From Candidatus Karelsulcia muelleri PSPU (lineage in GTDB: Bacteria > Bacteroidota > Bacteroidia > Flavobacteriales > Blattabacteriaceae): DNA of 32,000 nucleotides. The stretch spans positions 150,001 to 182,000 of the forward strand of contig NZ_AP013293.1 of the NCBI RefSeq assembly GCF_000829155.1, read 5' to 3'. This document shows positions 22,014-30,439 of the stretch, piece after piece. The translations under genes and the position numbers were made by a program. Position 1 is the stretch's first letter. Each line of letters begins with the position of its first letter. Under the pieces are notes generated by a model. The model had not been told where the DNA came from. It worked only from the letters and a program-made list of their open reading frames with translations, and did no database searches.

Positions 22014-22086
22014 TGATCACGACAGGATTCGAACCTGTAACATACTGCTTAGAAGGCAGTTGCTCTATCCATTGAGCTACGTGACC
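22014..22086 (-). tRNA. tRNA-Arg (anticodon TCT)
   Basis: Minus-strand GGTCACG...CGTGATC acceptor, anticodon region CTGC-CTTCTAA-GCAG, T-arm ACAGGTTCGAATCCTGT, discriminator A. Confidence 0.95.
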
Positions 22087-22093
22087 TTCGAAG

Positions 22094-22168
22094 TCGGGAT
22101 GATAGGATTCGAACCTACGACCTCCTGGTCCCAAACCAGGCGCGATAACCGTACTACGCTACATCCCG
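22094..22168 (-). tRNA. tRNA-Pro (anticodon TGG)
   Basis: Minus-strand CGGGATG...CATCCCG acceptor, anticodon region CCTGG-TTTGGGA-CCAGG, T-loop GGTTCGAATCC. Confidence 0.95.
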
Positions 22169-22171
22169 TTG

Positions 22172-22257
22172 CGGAGAGTGTGAGATTTGAACTCACGAAG
22201 CAAATAAATTGCTGACAGTTTAGCAAACTGTTCCGTTAACCACTCCGGCAACTCTCC
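22172..22257 (-). tRNA. tRNA-Ser (anticodon GCT)
   Basis: Minus-strand GGAGAGT...ACTCTCC acceptor, anticodon region ACAGT-TTGCTAA-ACTGT, long variable arm, T-arm GTGAGTTCAAATCTCAC. Confidence 0.94.
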
Positions 22258-22262
22258 TTATA

Positions 22263-23537
22263 CTATATATAATTTATTCTATTTAATAATTCTTTTTCAT
22301 AATTGACCCAATTAGTTATATTTTTTTTAGAAACTCCAGATTTTATAGCTGCTTTGGCAACAGCTGGAGCTACATATGTTATTAACCTTTTATCAAAAGG
22401 TTTGGGTATAATATAATTTTTACCAAATTCAATTGTTTTTTCATGATAAATAATATTTATATTTTTTGGTACTGGCTCTTTAGCCAGATTAGCTATAGCT
22501 TTTATAGCTGCTAATTTCATTTCTTCGTTAATTATAGTAGCCTTTACATCTAAAGCTCCTCTAAAGATATATGGAAATCCTAAAACATTATTAACTTGAT
22601 TTGGATAATCACTTCTACCAGTAGCTATAATAATATCAGGACGTATTTTTATTGCCATATTATAATCTATTTCTGGCTCTGGATTTGCCAGAGCAAAAAC
22701 TATTGGATTTTTTGCCATACTAATTATCATTTCTTTCGTTAAAATATTTCCAACAGATAAACCTATAAATATATCTGCATTTTTAATTACCTCATTTAAA
22801 GTTTTTAAATCAGTATTAATAGCAAATTCTAATTTTTCTTTATTTATATTTTTTCTTAAAGTATTTATTACTCCATTTCTATCACACATGACAATATTTT
22901 CAGGTTTGACTCCTAATTTTTTATAAATTCTTGTGCAGGAAATAGCTGCAGAACCAGCTCCATTAACAACCATTTTTACTTTTTTAATATCTTTATTAAC
23001 TAATTCTATAGCATTAATTAAAGCCGCACCTGATATAATAGCAGTACCATGTTGATCATCATGCATGATTGGAATATTTAATTCTTTTTTTAAGATATTT
23101 TCTATTTCAAAAGCTTCTGGAGCTTTAATATCTTCTAAATTTATTCCACCAAAAGTTGGTGCTATAGATTTAACTATTTTTATAAATTTTTCTACATCTG
23201 TTTCATTGATTTCTATATCAAATACATCAATTCCAGAAAATATTTTAAATAAAAGAGCTTTTCCTTCCATTACAGGTTTAGATGCAAGGGGCCCTATATT
23301 TCCTAACCCTAATACAGCTGTTCCATTTGTTATAACAGCTACTAAATTTCCCTTATTTGTATATTTATATACTTTTTGGGGATTCTGTGATATTTCTTTG
23401 CAAGGTTCTGCTACTCCAGGAGAGTAAGCTAAAGATAAATCTTCTTGAGTTTTATATTTTTTAGTAGGTGAAATTTTTATTTTTCCAGAAGGAAATTTAC
23501 TATGATAGTCTAAAGCTTTTTTTTTAAATTTATTCAT
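22263..23537 (-). CDS. maeB: NAD(P)-dependent malic enzyme, short form without a phosphotransacetylase domain
   Basis: [74 protein letters not shown]-like [41 protein letters not shown]. Confidence 0.92.
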   Translation of the reverse strand: MNKFKKKALDYHSKFPSGKIKISPTKKYKTQEDLSLAYSPGVAEPCKEISQNPQKVYKYTNKGNLVAVITNGTAVLGLGNIGPLASKPVMEGKALLFKIFSGIDVFDIEINETDVEKFIKIVKSIAPTFGGINLEDIKAPEAFEIENILKKELNIPIMHDDQHGTAIISGAALINAIELVNKDIKKVKMVVNGAGSAAISCTRIYKKLGVKPENIVMCDRNGVINTLRKNINKEKLEFAINTDLKTLNEVIKNADIFIGLSVGNILTKEMIISMAKNPIVFALANPEPEIDYNMAIKIRPDIIIATGRSDYPNQVNNVLGFPYIFRGALDVKATIINEEMKLAAIKAIANLAKEPVPKNINIIYHEKTIEFGKNYIIPKPFDKRLITYVAPAVAKAAIKSGVSKKNITNWVNYEKELLNRINYI

Positions 23538-24210
23538 TTTTAATAATTTGTTTTGTCAATAATGAGTATTCAATAGGAGATACATATGGAAGACCTAATC
23601 CTAATCCACGAATTAATAATAAAATTCCTATTATTAATGTTAATATTGTTATATTATTTAATAATATATTTTTAATATTAAAATTAATATATTTGCCTAT
23701 ACTAAATGTAGTAAACATCATAGGTACTGTACCTAATCCAAAATAAAACATAAACATTACACCCCAAAAAATATTTCCTATAGAAATAGCTATACTAATA
23801 GCTATGTAAACTATACTACATGGTAGAAGTCCATTTAAAATTCCTATAATAAAGAATGATTTTTTTTTAAAAAAAAATATCAAAGATATTATTTTTTTTA
23901 AAAAAAAATATATATTATATTTTTTTTTAAAAAAAAATGAACAAATTAGATTTCCCCCTAAAAATAATGATAATTTTTTTTGAAATCCTGCTAATGCAAA
24001 TTCATACCCTATTATTCCAAATATAAATCCTAATAAAATATAGGATATAATTCTGCCTATTTGATATAGTAAATTTTTTATTAACATTTTTATTTTATTT
24101 TCTCTTTCTAGAGAAAAAAAAAACGTAATAGGTCCACACATGCTAAAACAATGAATACTACTAATCAATCCTAATATAAATCCTATAGTAATATAATTTA
24201 ATTTTTCCAT
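23530..24210 (-). CDS. Sulfite exporter TauE/SafE-family membrane protein (cbb3 cluster-associated)
   Basis: [25 protein letters not shown] (family N-terminal GxxSSxHCxxMCGP motif), [16 protein letters not shown]. Eight-bp overlap with maeB, downstream of ccoP. Confidence 0.85.
   Translation of the reverse strand: MEKLNYITIGFILGLISSIHCFSMCGPITFFFSLERENKIKMLIKNLLYQIGRIISYILLGFIFGIIGYEFALAGFQKKLSLFLGGNLICSFFFKKKYNIYFFLKKIISLIFFFKKKSFFIIGILNGLLPCSIVYIAISIAISIGNIFWGVMFMFYFGLGTVPMMFTTFSIGKYINFNIKNILLNNITILTLIIGILLLIRGLGLGLPYVSPIEYSLLTKQIIKNE
23861..23938. repeat. Three poly-T/poly-A palindromic tracts inside the SafE-family coding sequence
   Basis: Plus strand carries three blocks of about 8-9 T followed directly by about 9 A, separated by about 12-15 bp. 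They encode KKK/FFF-type runs in ...[30 protein letters not shown]... Confidence 0.85.
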
Positions 24211-24261
24211 ATGAAATTTCTATTTCATAGAAAAAATGTATAATTTATTAATTTTTTTAAA

Positions 24262-25071
24262 TTAATAAAAATTAATTTTGTCACCTTCTGGAGATTTTGG
24301 ATTATTTGGTTTTTTATTTTTTTTATTTATAAAATAAATATAACTAGATAATTTTTCAATATCATTGCCTTTTATTTCTCCTGAAGCGCCAAAAGCCCTC
24401 ATAACTTTATTATTTTTACTACCATTCCAGATTATATAAAATATATTTTTTATAAGAGTTTTTTCTGTATGATTTATCCAATAATCATCTGTTAAATTAG
24501 GTCCTATATTTCCTCCTCCATCAACATTATGACAAGTTGCACAATTTTCATTAAATAGTTTTTTTCCATCATTTATAAATTTTTTATCAAATTTTACAGT
24601 ATCTAGATTAGCTTGTGGTTTTTTTTTTTCATATTCTTTTATTTTTTTTAATTGATTTTTATATGCTATTTTATATTCAAATTGTTGATTGGCAAAATTT
24701 GTAAATAAAAAAGAAAAAAAATATAATGTAGACATTACTATAGTAATAATAAAAATTTGTTTCCACCATTTAGGAATTTTATTATCTAATTCTAATATTC
24801 CATCAAATCCATGATCAATTTTTTTAATTTTTTTACTATAAATAAAATTATTTTTATTTTTATTTTTATTTATAAAATAAATTTTTTCGTTAATAATTAT
24901 ATTATCTATATAATAGCTTAATATTATTATTATTAATAATAATATATATATAATTATTGATAATGGATGTTTTATATAATAAAAATCACCATCTAAAAAC
25001 ACATAAAAAATAAATATTATAATAAAAAATGAATAAAACATTTTTATTAAAGATGGATGTTTAGATAGCAT
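24262..25071 (-). CDS. ccoP: cbb3-type cytochrome c oxidase subunit III
   Basis: ILELDNKIPKWWKQIFIITI (CcoP DNxxPxWW signature), one heme c site GKKLFNENCATCHNVDGGGNIGPNLTDDYWI. Confidence 0.92.
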   Translation of the reverse strand: MLSKHPSLIKMFYSFFIIIFIFYVFLDGDFYYIKHPLSIIIYILLLIIIILSYYIDNIIINEKIYFINKNKNKNNFIYSKKIKKIDHGFDGILELDNKIPKWWKQIFIITIVMSTLYFFSFLFTNFANQQFEYKIAYKNQLKKIKEYEKKKPQANLDTVKFDKKFINDGKKLFNENCATCHNVDGGGNIGPNLTDDYWINHTEKTLIKNIFYIIWNGSKNNKVMRAFGASGEIKGNDIEKLSSYIYFINKKNKKPNNPKSPEGDKINFY

Positions 25072-25093
25072 AATTTTTATTGATTTTATAAAG

Positions 25094-25252
25094 TCAAATT
25101 ATATTACTTATATATAAATAAGTTTTTTGAGATTTTGTAAAAATAAAAATTAATATAAAAATAAAAATTATAAAATATAATAATAAAATTATAGACTGTA
25201 TAATATAAAAATTTTTTATTATTAATAAATAATGTTTAAAAAAAAATATCAT
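25094..25252 (-). CDS. ccoQ: CcoQ-like small membrane subunit of cbb3 oxidase (52 aa, absent from the ORF track)
   Basis: Manual translation from ATG 25252-25250 to TGA 25096-25094: MIFFFKHYLLIIKNFYIIQSIILLLYFIIFIFILIFIFTKSQKTYLYISNII. One TM segment followed by a short Lys/Tyr tail. Lies in the canonical ccoQ slot, 4 bp after ccoNO and 22 bp before ccoP. Confidence 0.6.
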   Translation of the reverse strand: MIFFFKHYLLIIKNFYIIQSIILLLYFIIFIFILIFIFTKSQKTYLYISNII

Positions 25253-25256
25253 TTAA

Positions 25257-27437
25257 TTATTTTTTTTTTATATCTTTTCCTAATCTTTGTAAATATGATA
25301 TTAATGCAATTATTTCTCTATCTTTTAAAGATATAAATTTAGATCCATAATATTTTTTTTGAAAATCTATCTGATTTTTTATCTCAGGAGATTCTTTATA
25401 TATTTCTTGTTCTAAAAAAGAAGCTTGTCTATCAAGATAATTATATGCATTTTCTATATCTCTTTTAGAATAAGGAACTCCTAGTTTCTTCAGAGAATTC
25501 ATTTTTAATAATAAATTATTTTTATATAATTTTCTATAAATTAACCATGGATATCTTGGCATAATAGATCCTGGAGAGGTAGATCTTGGGTCAAACATAT
25601 GTTTAAAATGCCATGAACTAGTATTTTTCCCTCCTTCTCTAGCTAAATCAGGACCAGTACGCTTAGATCCCCATAAAAAAGGGTGATCGTATACAAATTC
25701 ACCAGCTTTAGAATATTTTCCATAACGGACTACTTCATCACGAAATGGACGTACAATTTGAGAATGACATCCATTACATCCTTCTCTAATATATAAATCT
25801 CTACCTTCTAATTCAAGTGGGGAATAAGGTCTAACACTACTTATAGTAGGTATATTTGATTTTATTACTATAGTAGGGATTATTTCTACTAATCCACCAA
25901 TAGAAACTACTATTAAAGTCAGTATATAAAATATTATTGGTTTGGTTTCTAACCAACTATGAAAATTTTTATTATTATTAATATTCTTATCATTAAAAGT
26001 AATTAATTCGCCAGTTTCATCATTAATAAAAACTCCTTGTTTTATTGTTTTATATATATTAAACATCATAAATAGAAATCCTAACATATATAAAAATCCT
26101 CCTATAAATCTTATTTTATAAAAAGGAATGATCTTAATTACAGAATCTAAAAAATTTTTATTTAAAAGTGTTCCATCAGGATTAAATTCTTTCCACATTT
26201 TTGATTGTACTATTGCACTACAATACATTGGTATAACATATAATAATATCCCTAAAGTACCTAAAAAGAAATGTATATTAGTATATAATTTAGAATAAAT
26301 TTTAGTATTCCATAATTTTTCTACAAGCCAATAAATTACTCCAAAAGCCATAAATCCATTCCAGCCTAAAGTTCCTATATGAACATGTGCAACTATCCAA
26401 TCAGTAAAATGAGCTATAGAATTTAATTTTTGAGTAGCAAGTATAGGACCTTCAAATGTAGCAATTCCATAACAAGTAAGAGATAAAACAAAAAATTTTA
26501 AAATTGGATTTTTATAAGAACCTCTTAATGTTAATAAACCATTTAACATTCCCCCCCATGAAGGAGCAATTAACATAATTGAAAATATAGTTCCTAACAT
26601 TTGAGCCCATGCAGGGAGAGCAGTGTAAATTAAATGATGTGGACCTGCCCAGATATATATAAAGATTAATGACCAAAAATGTATAATTGATAATTTATAT
26701 GAAAAAATTGGTTTTTCTGAAGCTTTAGGAACGAAATAATACATTAAACCTAATATTGGTGTAGTTAAAATAAATGCTACAGCATTATGACCATACCACC
26801 ATTGTACTAAAGCATCTTGAACTCCAGCATAAATAGAATAACTTTTAAAAGATGATAAAGATATAGGTAATTCTATATTATTAAATATATGAAGTATACA
26901 TACACTTACCCAGGTTCCAATAAAAAACCAAATAGATACATATATATGTTTAATCCTTCTTTTAAGGATTGTACCTATAATATTTATTCCATAAATAATC
27001 CAGACAATACAGATTATTATATCTAATGGCCATTCATGTTCTGAATATTCTTTACTAGTATTTATTCCGAATAAAAATGTAATCCAAGATAACATAATAA
27101 ATATTTGCCATCCCCAAAAGTTTATCCAACTTAATATATCACTATACATTCTTGATTTTAATAAACGTTGTAAAGAATAATAAGAACCGGTAAAAATTAT
27201 ATTTCCTATAAATGCAAATATAACTGTTGTCGTATGTATCATTCTTAAACGACCAAAACCCATGACCCCATTATAATATTTTAGACTATGTCCAAATATT
27301 ATTTCTGGTAAATTTGGATAAAATAGCATTAAAGAAATAATAACCCCTATTAAAAAACCTGTAAAAGCCCAAAATATTGTAGCATATAAAAAGGCTTTTA
27401 CAATTTTATTATCATAATAAAATTTTTCTATTTTCAT
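25257..27437 (-). CDS. ccoNO: Fused cbb3-type cytochrome oxidase subunits I and II (CcoN-CcoO fusion)
   Basis: CcoN part: GRLRMIHTTTVIFAF, VQWWYGHNAVAFILTTP, WAGPHHLIYTALPAWAQ, DWIVAHVHIGTLGWNGFM. CcoO part: YIREGCNGCHSQIVRPFRDEVVRYG, GSKRTGPDLAREGGK, SPGSIMPRYPWL. Confidence 0.95.
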   Translation of the reverse strand: MKIEKFYYDNKIVKAFLYATIFWAFTGFLIGVIISLMLFYPNLPEIIFGHSLKYYNGVMGFGRLRMIHTTTVIFAFIGNIIFTGSYYSLQRLLKSRMYSDILSWINFWGWQIFIMLSWITFLFGINTSKEYSEHEWPLDIIICIVWIIYGINIIGTILKRRIKHIYVSIWFFIGTWVSVCILHIFNNIELPISLSSFKSYSIYAGVQDALVQWWYGHNAVAFILTTPILGLMYYFVPKASEKPIFSYKLSIIHFWSLIFIYIWAGPHHLIYTALPAWAQMLGTIFSIMLIAPSWGGMLNGLLTLRGSYKNPILKFFVLSLTCYGIATFEGPILATQKLNSIAHFTDWIVAHVHIGTLGWNGFMAFGVIYWLVEKLWNTKIYSKLYTNIHFFLGTLGILLYVIPMYCSAIVQSKMWKEFNPDGTLLNKNFLDSVIKIIPFYKIRFIGGFLYMLGFLFMMFNIYKTIKQGVFINDETGELITFNDKNINNNKNFHSWLETKPIIFYILTLIVVSIGGLVEIIPTIVIKSNIPTISSVRPYSPLELEGRDLYIREGCNGCHSQIVRPFRDEVVRYGKYSKAGEFVYDHPFLWGSKRTGPDLAREGGKNTSSWHFKHMFDPRSTSPGSIMPRYPWLIYRKLYKNNLLLKMNSLKKLGVPYSKRDIENAYNYLDRQASFLEQEIYKESPEIKNQIDFQKKYYGSKFISLKDREIIALISYLQRLGKDIKKK

Positions 27438-27451
27438 ATATTTTATATTAT

Positions 27452-27589
27452 TTAATTCTCAATTAACATTCTTATAGAAGACGATTCATAATCATAAAAT
27501 TGATTATTATTTGCAATAATAATAAATATTATTAGAAATATCATACTTATAATTATACTTGTTAATATCATTAATATGAATATATCCAT
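27452..27589 (-). CDS. ccoS: cbb3 oxidase assembly protein CcoS (45 aa, absent from the ORF track)
   Basis: Manual translation: MDIFILMILTSIIISMIFLIIFIIIANNNQFYDYESSSIRMLIEN. This matches the CcoS layout (N-terminal TM, then ..GQ(F/Y)DD.E.P..R(I/M)L). Located between ccoI and ccoNO. Confidence 0.85.
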   Translation of the reverse strand: MDIFILMILTSIIISMIFLIIFIIIANNNQFYDYESSSIRMLIEN

Positions 27590-27590
27590 T

Positions 27591-29975
27591 TTATATTATA
27601 TGGAGTTTATAAGCAGTTATCCAAGTAGATAATATAGAAAATATTATAACTGATATAAAACTTAAAGGCATTAATATAGCAGATATAATTGGGGTTAAAT
27701 GTCCAGTTATAGCAAATAATAATCCAATTAGATTATATATAATACTTATTATCAAACTTATTAATACTAATTTAGAGCTAATATTAGTATATTTTAAAAA
27801 TCTTGGTATTTCTTCAAAAGAACTAGCATCCATTATTATATCACAATTTTGACAAAAACTATTATTATTTGATATTACTATTCCTACATCACTTTGTTTT
27901 AAAGCTAAAGAATCATTAATTCCATCTCCAAACATTAGAATTTTTTCTCCAATTTTTTGTAAATTTTTTATCTTATTCAATTTATCCATTGGACTTTGAA
28001 AAAAGAATAATTTACTTTTATAAGGTAATAAAGATTTTAAATATTTTTTTTCTTTATCATTATCTCCTGACATTATTAATATTTTATATTTATTACCTAT
28101 ATTTTTTAATATTAATTGTAATTTATTACGATAATAATTTTTAATTAAAAAGTACCCTATTTTTTTTTTTTCAAAAGAAATAAATACTTTAGTATCTTTT
28201 TTTTTATTTATCAATTTGTACCTTGAAATATAAGAATATTTTCCTGCTTTTATTTCTATACCATTTACTAATCCTTTTATTCCTTTACCAGGATTTTCTT
28301 CAAAGTAAGTAACAGGAATTATTTCATGTGATTTTATATATGAAAATTTATTATATATAATTTTACATAAAGGATGATTTGAGTTTTTTAATAATGAAAT
28401 TATTTTTATTTTTTTATCATTATCAAGTTTTTGACCAAAATATTTAATATTTGATTTATCAATTTCAGTTATAGTTCCTGTCTTATCAAAAATTATATAT
28501 GTTATTTTAGAAATACGTTCTATAATAGATATATCTCTTATATAGAATCCTTTTTTACCTAAAATATGTATAACATTACCAAATATAAAAGGAGTAGATA
28601 AAGCTAATCCACATGGACAAGCAACTATTAATATTGAAGATATTATTTCAAAAACTCTATTTATATTTTTATAATACCAAATTATTCCGGAAATAAGAGA
28701 TATTATTAATATTAATATAGTAAAATATTTGCTAACTAAATTTAATCTAATATTAATAGTTTTTTTTTTATTCCTAAAAGCTTCATTAATCCATAAATTA
28801 TTAAGATAACTTTTATTTACATTTTTTATTATTTTTAGTTTAATCATTCCTCCCTTTTGTTTAGCTCCAGCATAAATATAATCACCTAATTTTTTTTCTT
28901 TTATATTAGATTCTCCTGTTATAAAACTATTATCTATCATTGCTAATCCATCCATCAAGATGGAATCTGCTGGTATAATTTCGTTATTTTTTATGATTAT
29001 ATCATCACCTTTTTTTAAATTAGAAATAAGAATAGTTTCTTCTAAATTATTTATTAATCTTGTAACATAAATAGGATAATAATATTTATAATTATTTTCA
29101 AATGATAAATATTTATAAGTTTTTAATTGTAAATATTTTCCTAAAAGAATAAAAAAAACTAATCCAGAAAGACTATCAAAATACCCACTACCTATATTAT
29201 ATATTATTTCATATATACTTCTAAAGTATAATACTAAAATTCCTATAGAAATGGGAATATCTATATTTAGATATTTATGTTTTAAACATAAAAAAGCAGA
29301 TTGAAAATAATCTATAGATGAAAAGGAGATTATAGGTATAGAAAGAATAAATTTTATTAATTTGAAAAAAATCTTGTTTTTTATAAACCATTCATCATTA
29401 TTAGATCCTAAATATTCAGGAAATGATAAAAGCATTATGTTTCCAAAACAAAAAAAAGAAATAACTATTTTATATAATAAATAATTATTATTATTTATTT
29501 TTTTATTATTTATATCACCATAAGTAATGGATGGTTTATACCCAATTTTAGTAAGAAGTTTAGCTAAATCACTAAGTTTATAGAATGAATTTTTATATGT
29601 TATATTAACATTTTTTTTAGTAAAATTTACTGTAGATTTTAGAATTTTGTTTTCTATTTTGTTTAGATTTTCTAATAACCATATACAAGAACTACAATGA
29701 ATTGATGGAATCTTAAATTTTACAATTGTAATATTATTATCATAATAATATACTATATTTTTATATATATTTTCCGTATCTAAATAATAAAAATTATTTG
29801 TTTTTTCAGGAGAAATTCCTGGATTTTTATTTAATTCATAAAATTTAAATAAATTATATTTATTAAATATTTTATAAATTGTTAAACATCCATAACAACA
29901 AAAAAAAAAATTATTAATACATATTTTATTAGTAATACATGTTTTACCACAATGGTAACATTTATTAGATAACAT
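27591..29975 (-). CDS. ccoI: Heavy-metal translocating P-type ATPase of the CcoI/FixI type
   Basis: Cys-rich N-terminus CYHCGKTC...FFCCYGCLTIYKIF, IHCSSCIWLLE, ACPCGLALSTPFIFG, IIFDKTGTITE, MFGDGINDSLALKQSDVGI. Confidence 0.93.
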   Translation of the reverse strand: MLSNKCYHCGKTCITNKICINNFFFCCYGCLTIYKIFNKYNLFKFYELNKNPGISPEKTNNFYYLDTENIYKNIVYYYDNNITIVKFKIPSIHCSSCIWLLENLNKIENKILKSTVNFTKKNVNITYKNSFYKLSDLAKLLTKIGYKPSITYGDINNKKINNNNYLLYKIVISFFCFGNIMLLSFPEYLGSNNDEWFIKNKIFFKLIKFILSIPIISFSSIDYFQSAFLCLKHKYLNIDIPISIGILVLYFRSIYEIIYNIGSGYFDSLSGLVFFILLGKYLQLKTYKYLSFENNYKYYYPIYVTRLINNLEETILISNLKKGDDIIIKNNEIIPADSILMDGLAMIDNSFITGESNIKEKKLGDYIYAGAKQKGGMIKLKIIKNVNKSYLNNLWINEAFRNKKKTINIRLNLVSKYFTILILIISLISGIIWYYKNINRVFEIISSILIVACPCGLALSTPFIFGNVIHILGKKGFYIRDISIIERISKITYIIFDKTGTITEIDKSNIKYFGQKLDNDKKIKIISLLKNSNHPLCKIIYNKFSYIKSHEIIPVTYFEENPGKGIKGLVNGIEIKAGKYSYISRYKLINKKKDTKVFISFEKKKIGYFLIKNYYRNKLQLILKNIGNKYKILIMSGDNDKEKKYLKSLLPYKSKLFFFQSPMDKLNKIKNLQKIGEKILMFGDGINDSLALKQSDVGIVISNNNSFCQNCDIIMDASSFEEIPRFLKYTNISSKLVLISLIISIIYNLIGLLFAITGHLTPIISAILMPLSFISVIIFSILSTWITAYKLHII

Positions 29976-30284
29976 TATCTAATTTTGTCTTAGACATTAA
30001 AATAGTCATTTAAATAAAAAATATTTTTATAATATAATTATTTGATAGATTAATATCAATAATTGTATTTTAAACACATATTATTAGATATATCTATAAC
30101 ATTAATTAAAAGATCTTATTATTTCATAAATAGTTTATTTAAAATATTATATTAATTAAAAACGATTTTATACATCTAATTTTTAATAGTATTCTATTAC
30201 CCACCCCAAATTAGGACACATCTTAGTAAGTCTAGGTCATAAATATTTAGCTAATTGTATTTGTGTTTTAGCTCTTTTTTAAAA

Positions 30285-30439
30285 AATATCCAATATAATT
30301 TGGGTACGATAAAAAACTTTAGTTTTTATTATCCATCCTTTATAATAAGGATCTTTATTAATTTTTTTAGTTCCTAATTTATATTGTGCAATATAAGTTC
30401 TAAAATTATTTTTATACATTCATGATCTTTAGTAAATTT
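30285..30439 (-). pseudogene. gcvH: Remnant of gcvH (glycine cleavage system H protein)
   Basis: Minus-strand translation in two frames: 30439-30407 KFTKDHECIKI (cf. GcvH N-terminus KYTKDHEWIKI), then 30389-30285 AQYKLGTKKINKDPYYKGWIIKTKVFYRTQ... (cf. AQ..LG... and ELVNKDPYGEGWMIKIKV). The lipoyl-lysine segment is missing and there is a frame change. Confidence 0.75.

Noticed and set aside
21967-22215. 82-aa plus-strand ORF DRIRTCNILLRRQLLYPLSY...GFEPTTSWSQTRRDNRTTLHP
   Set aside because: Classic spurious protein from reading the antisense of tRNAs. It lies over the minus-strand tRNA-Arg, tRNA-Pro and part of tRNA-Ser.
23065-23427. 120-aa plus-strand ORF
   Set aside because: Antisense to maeB; hydrophobicity mirrors the malic enzyme coding strand.
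30190-30220. ACCCACCCCAAATTAGGACAC resembling an insertion sequence end
   Set aside because: No matching inverted end, no target duplication and no transposase remnant seen, so no mobile element call was made. It is kept only as an unidentified island.
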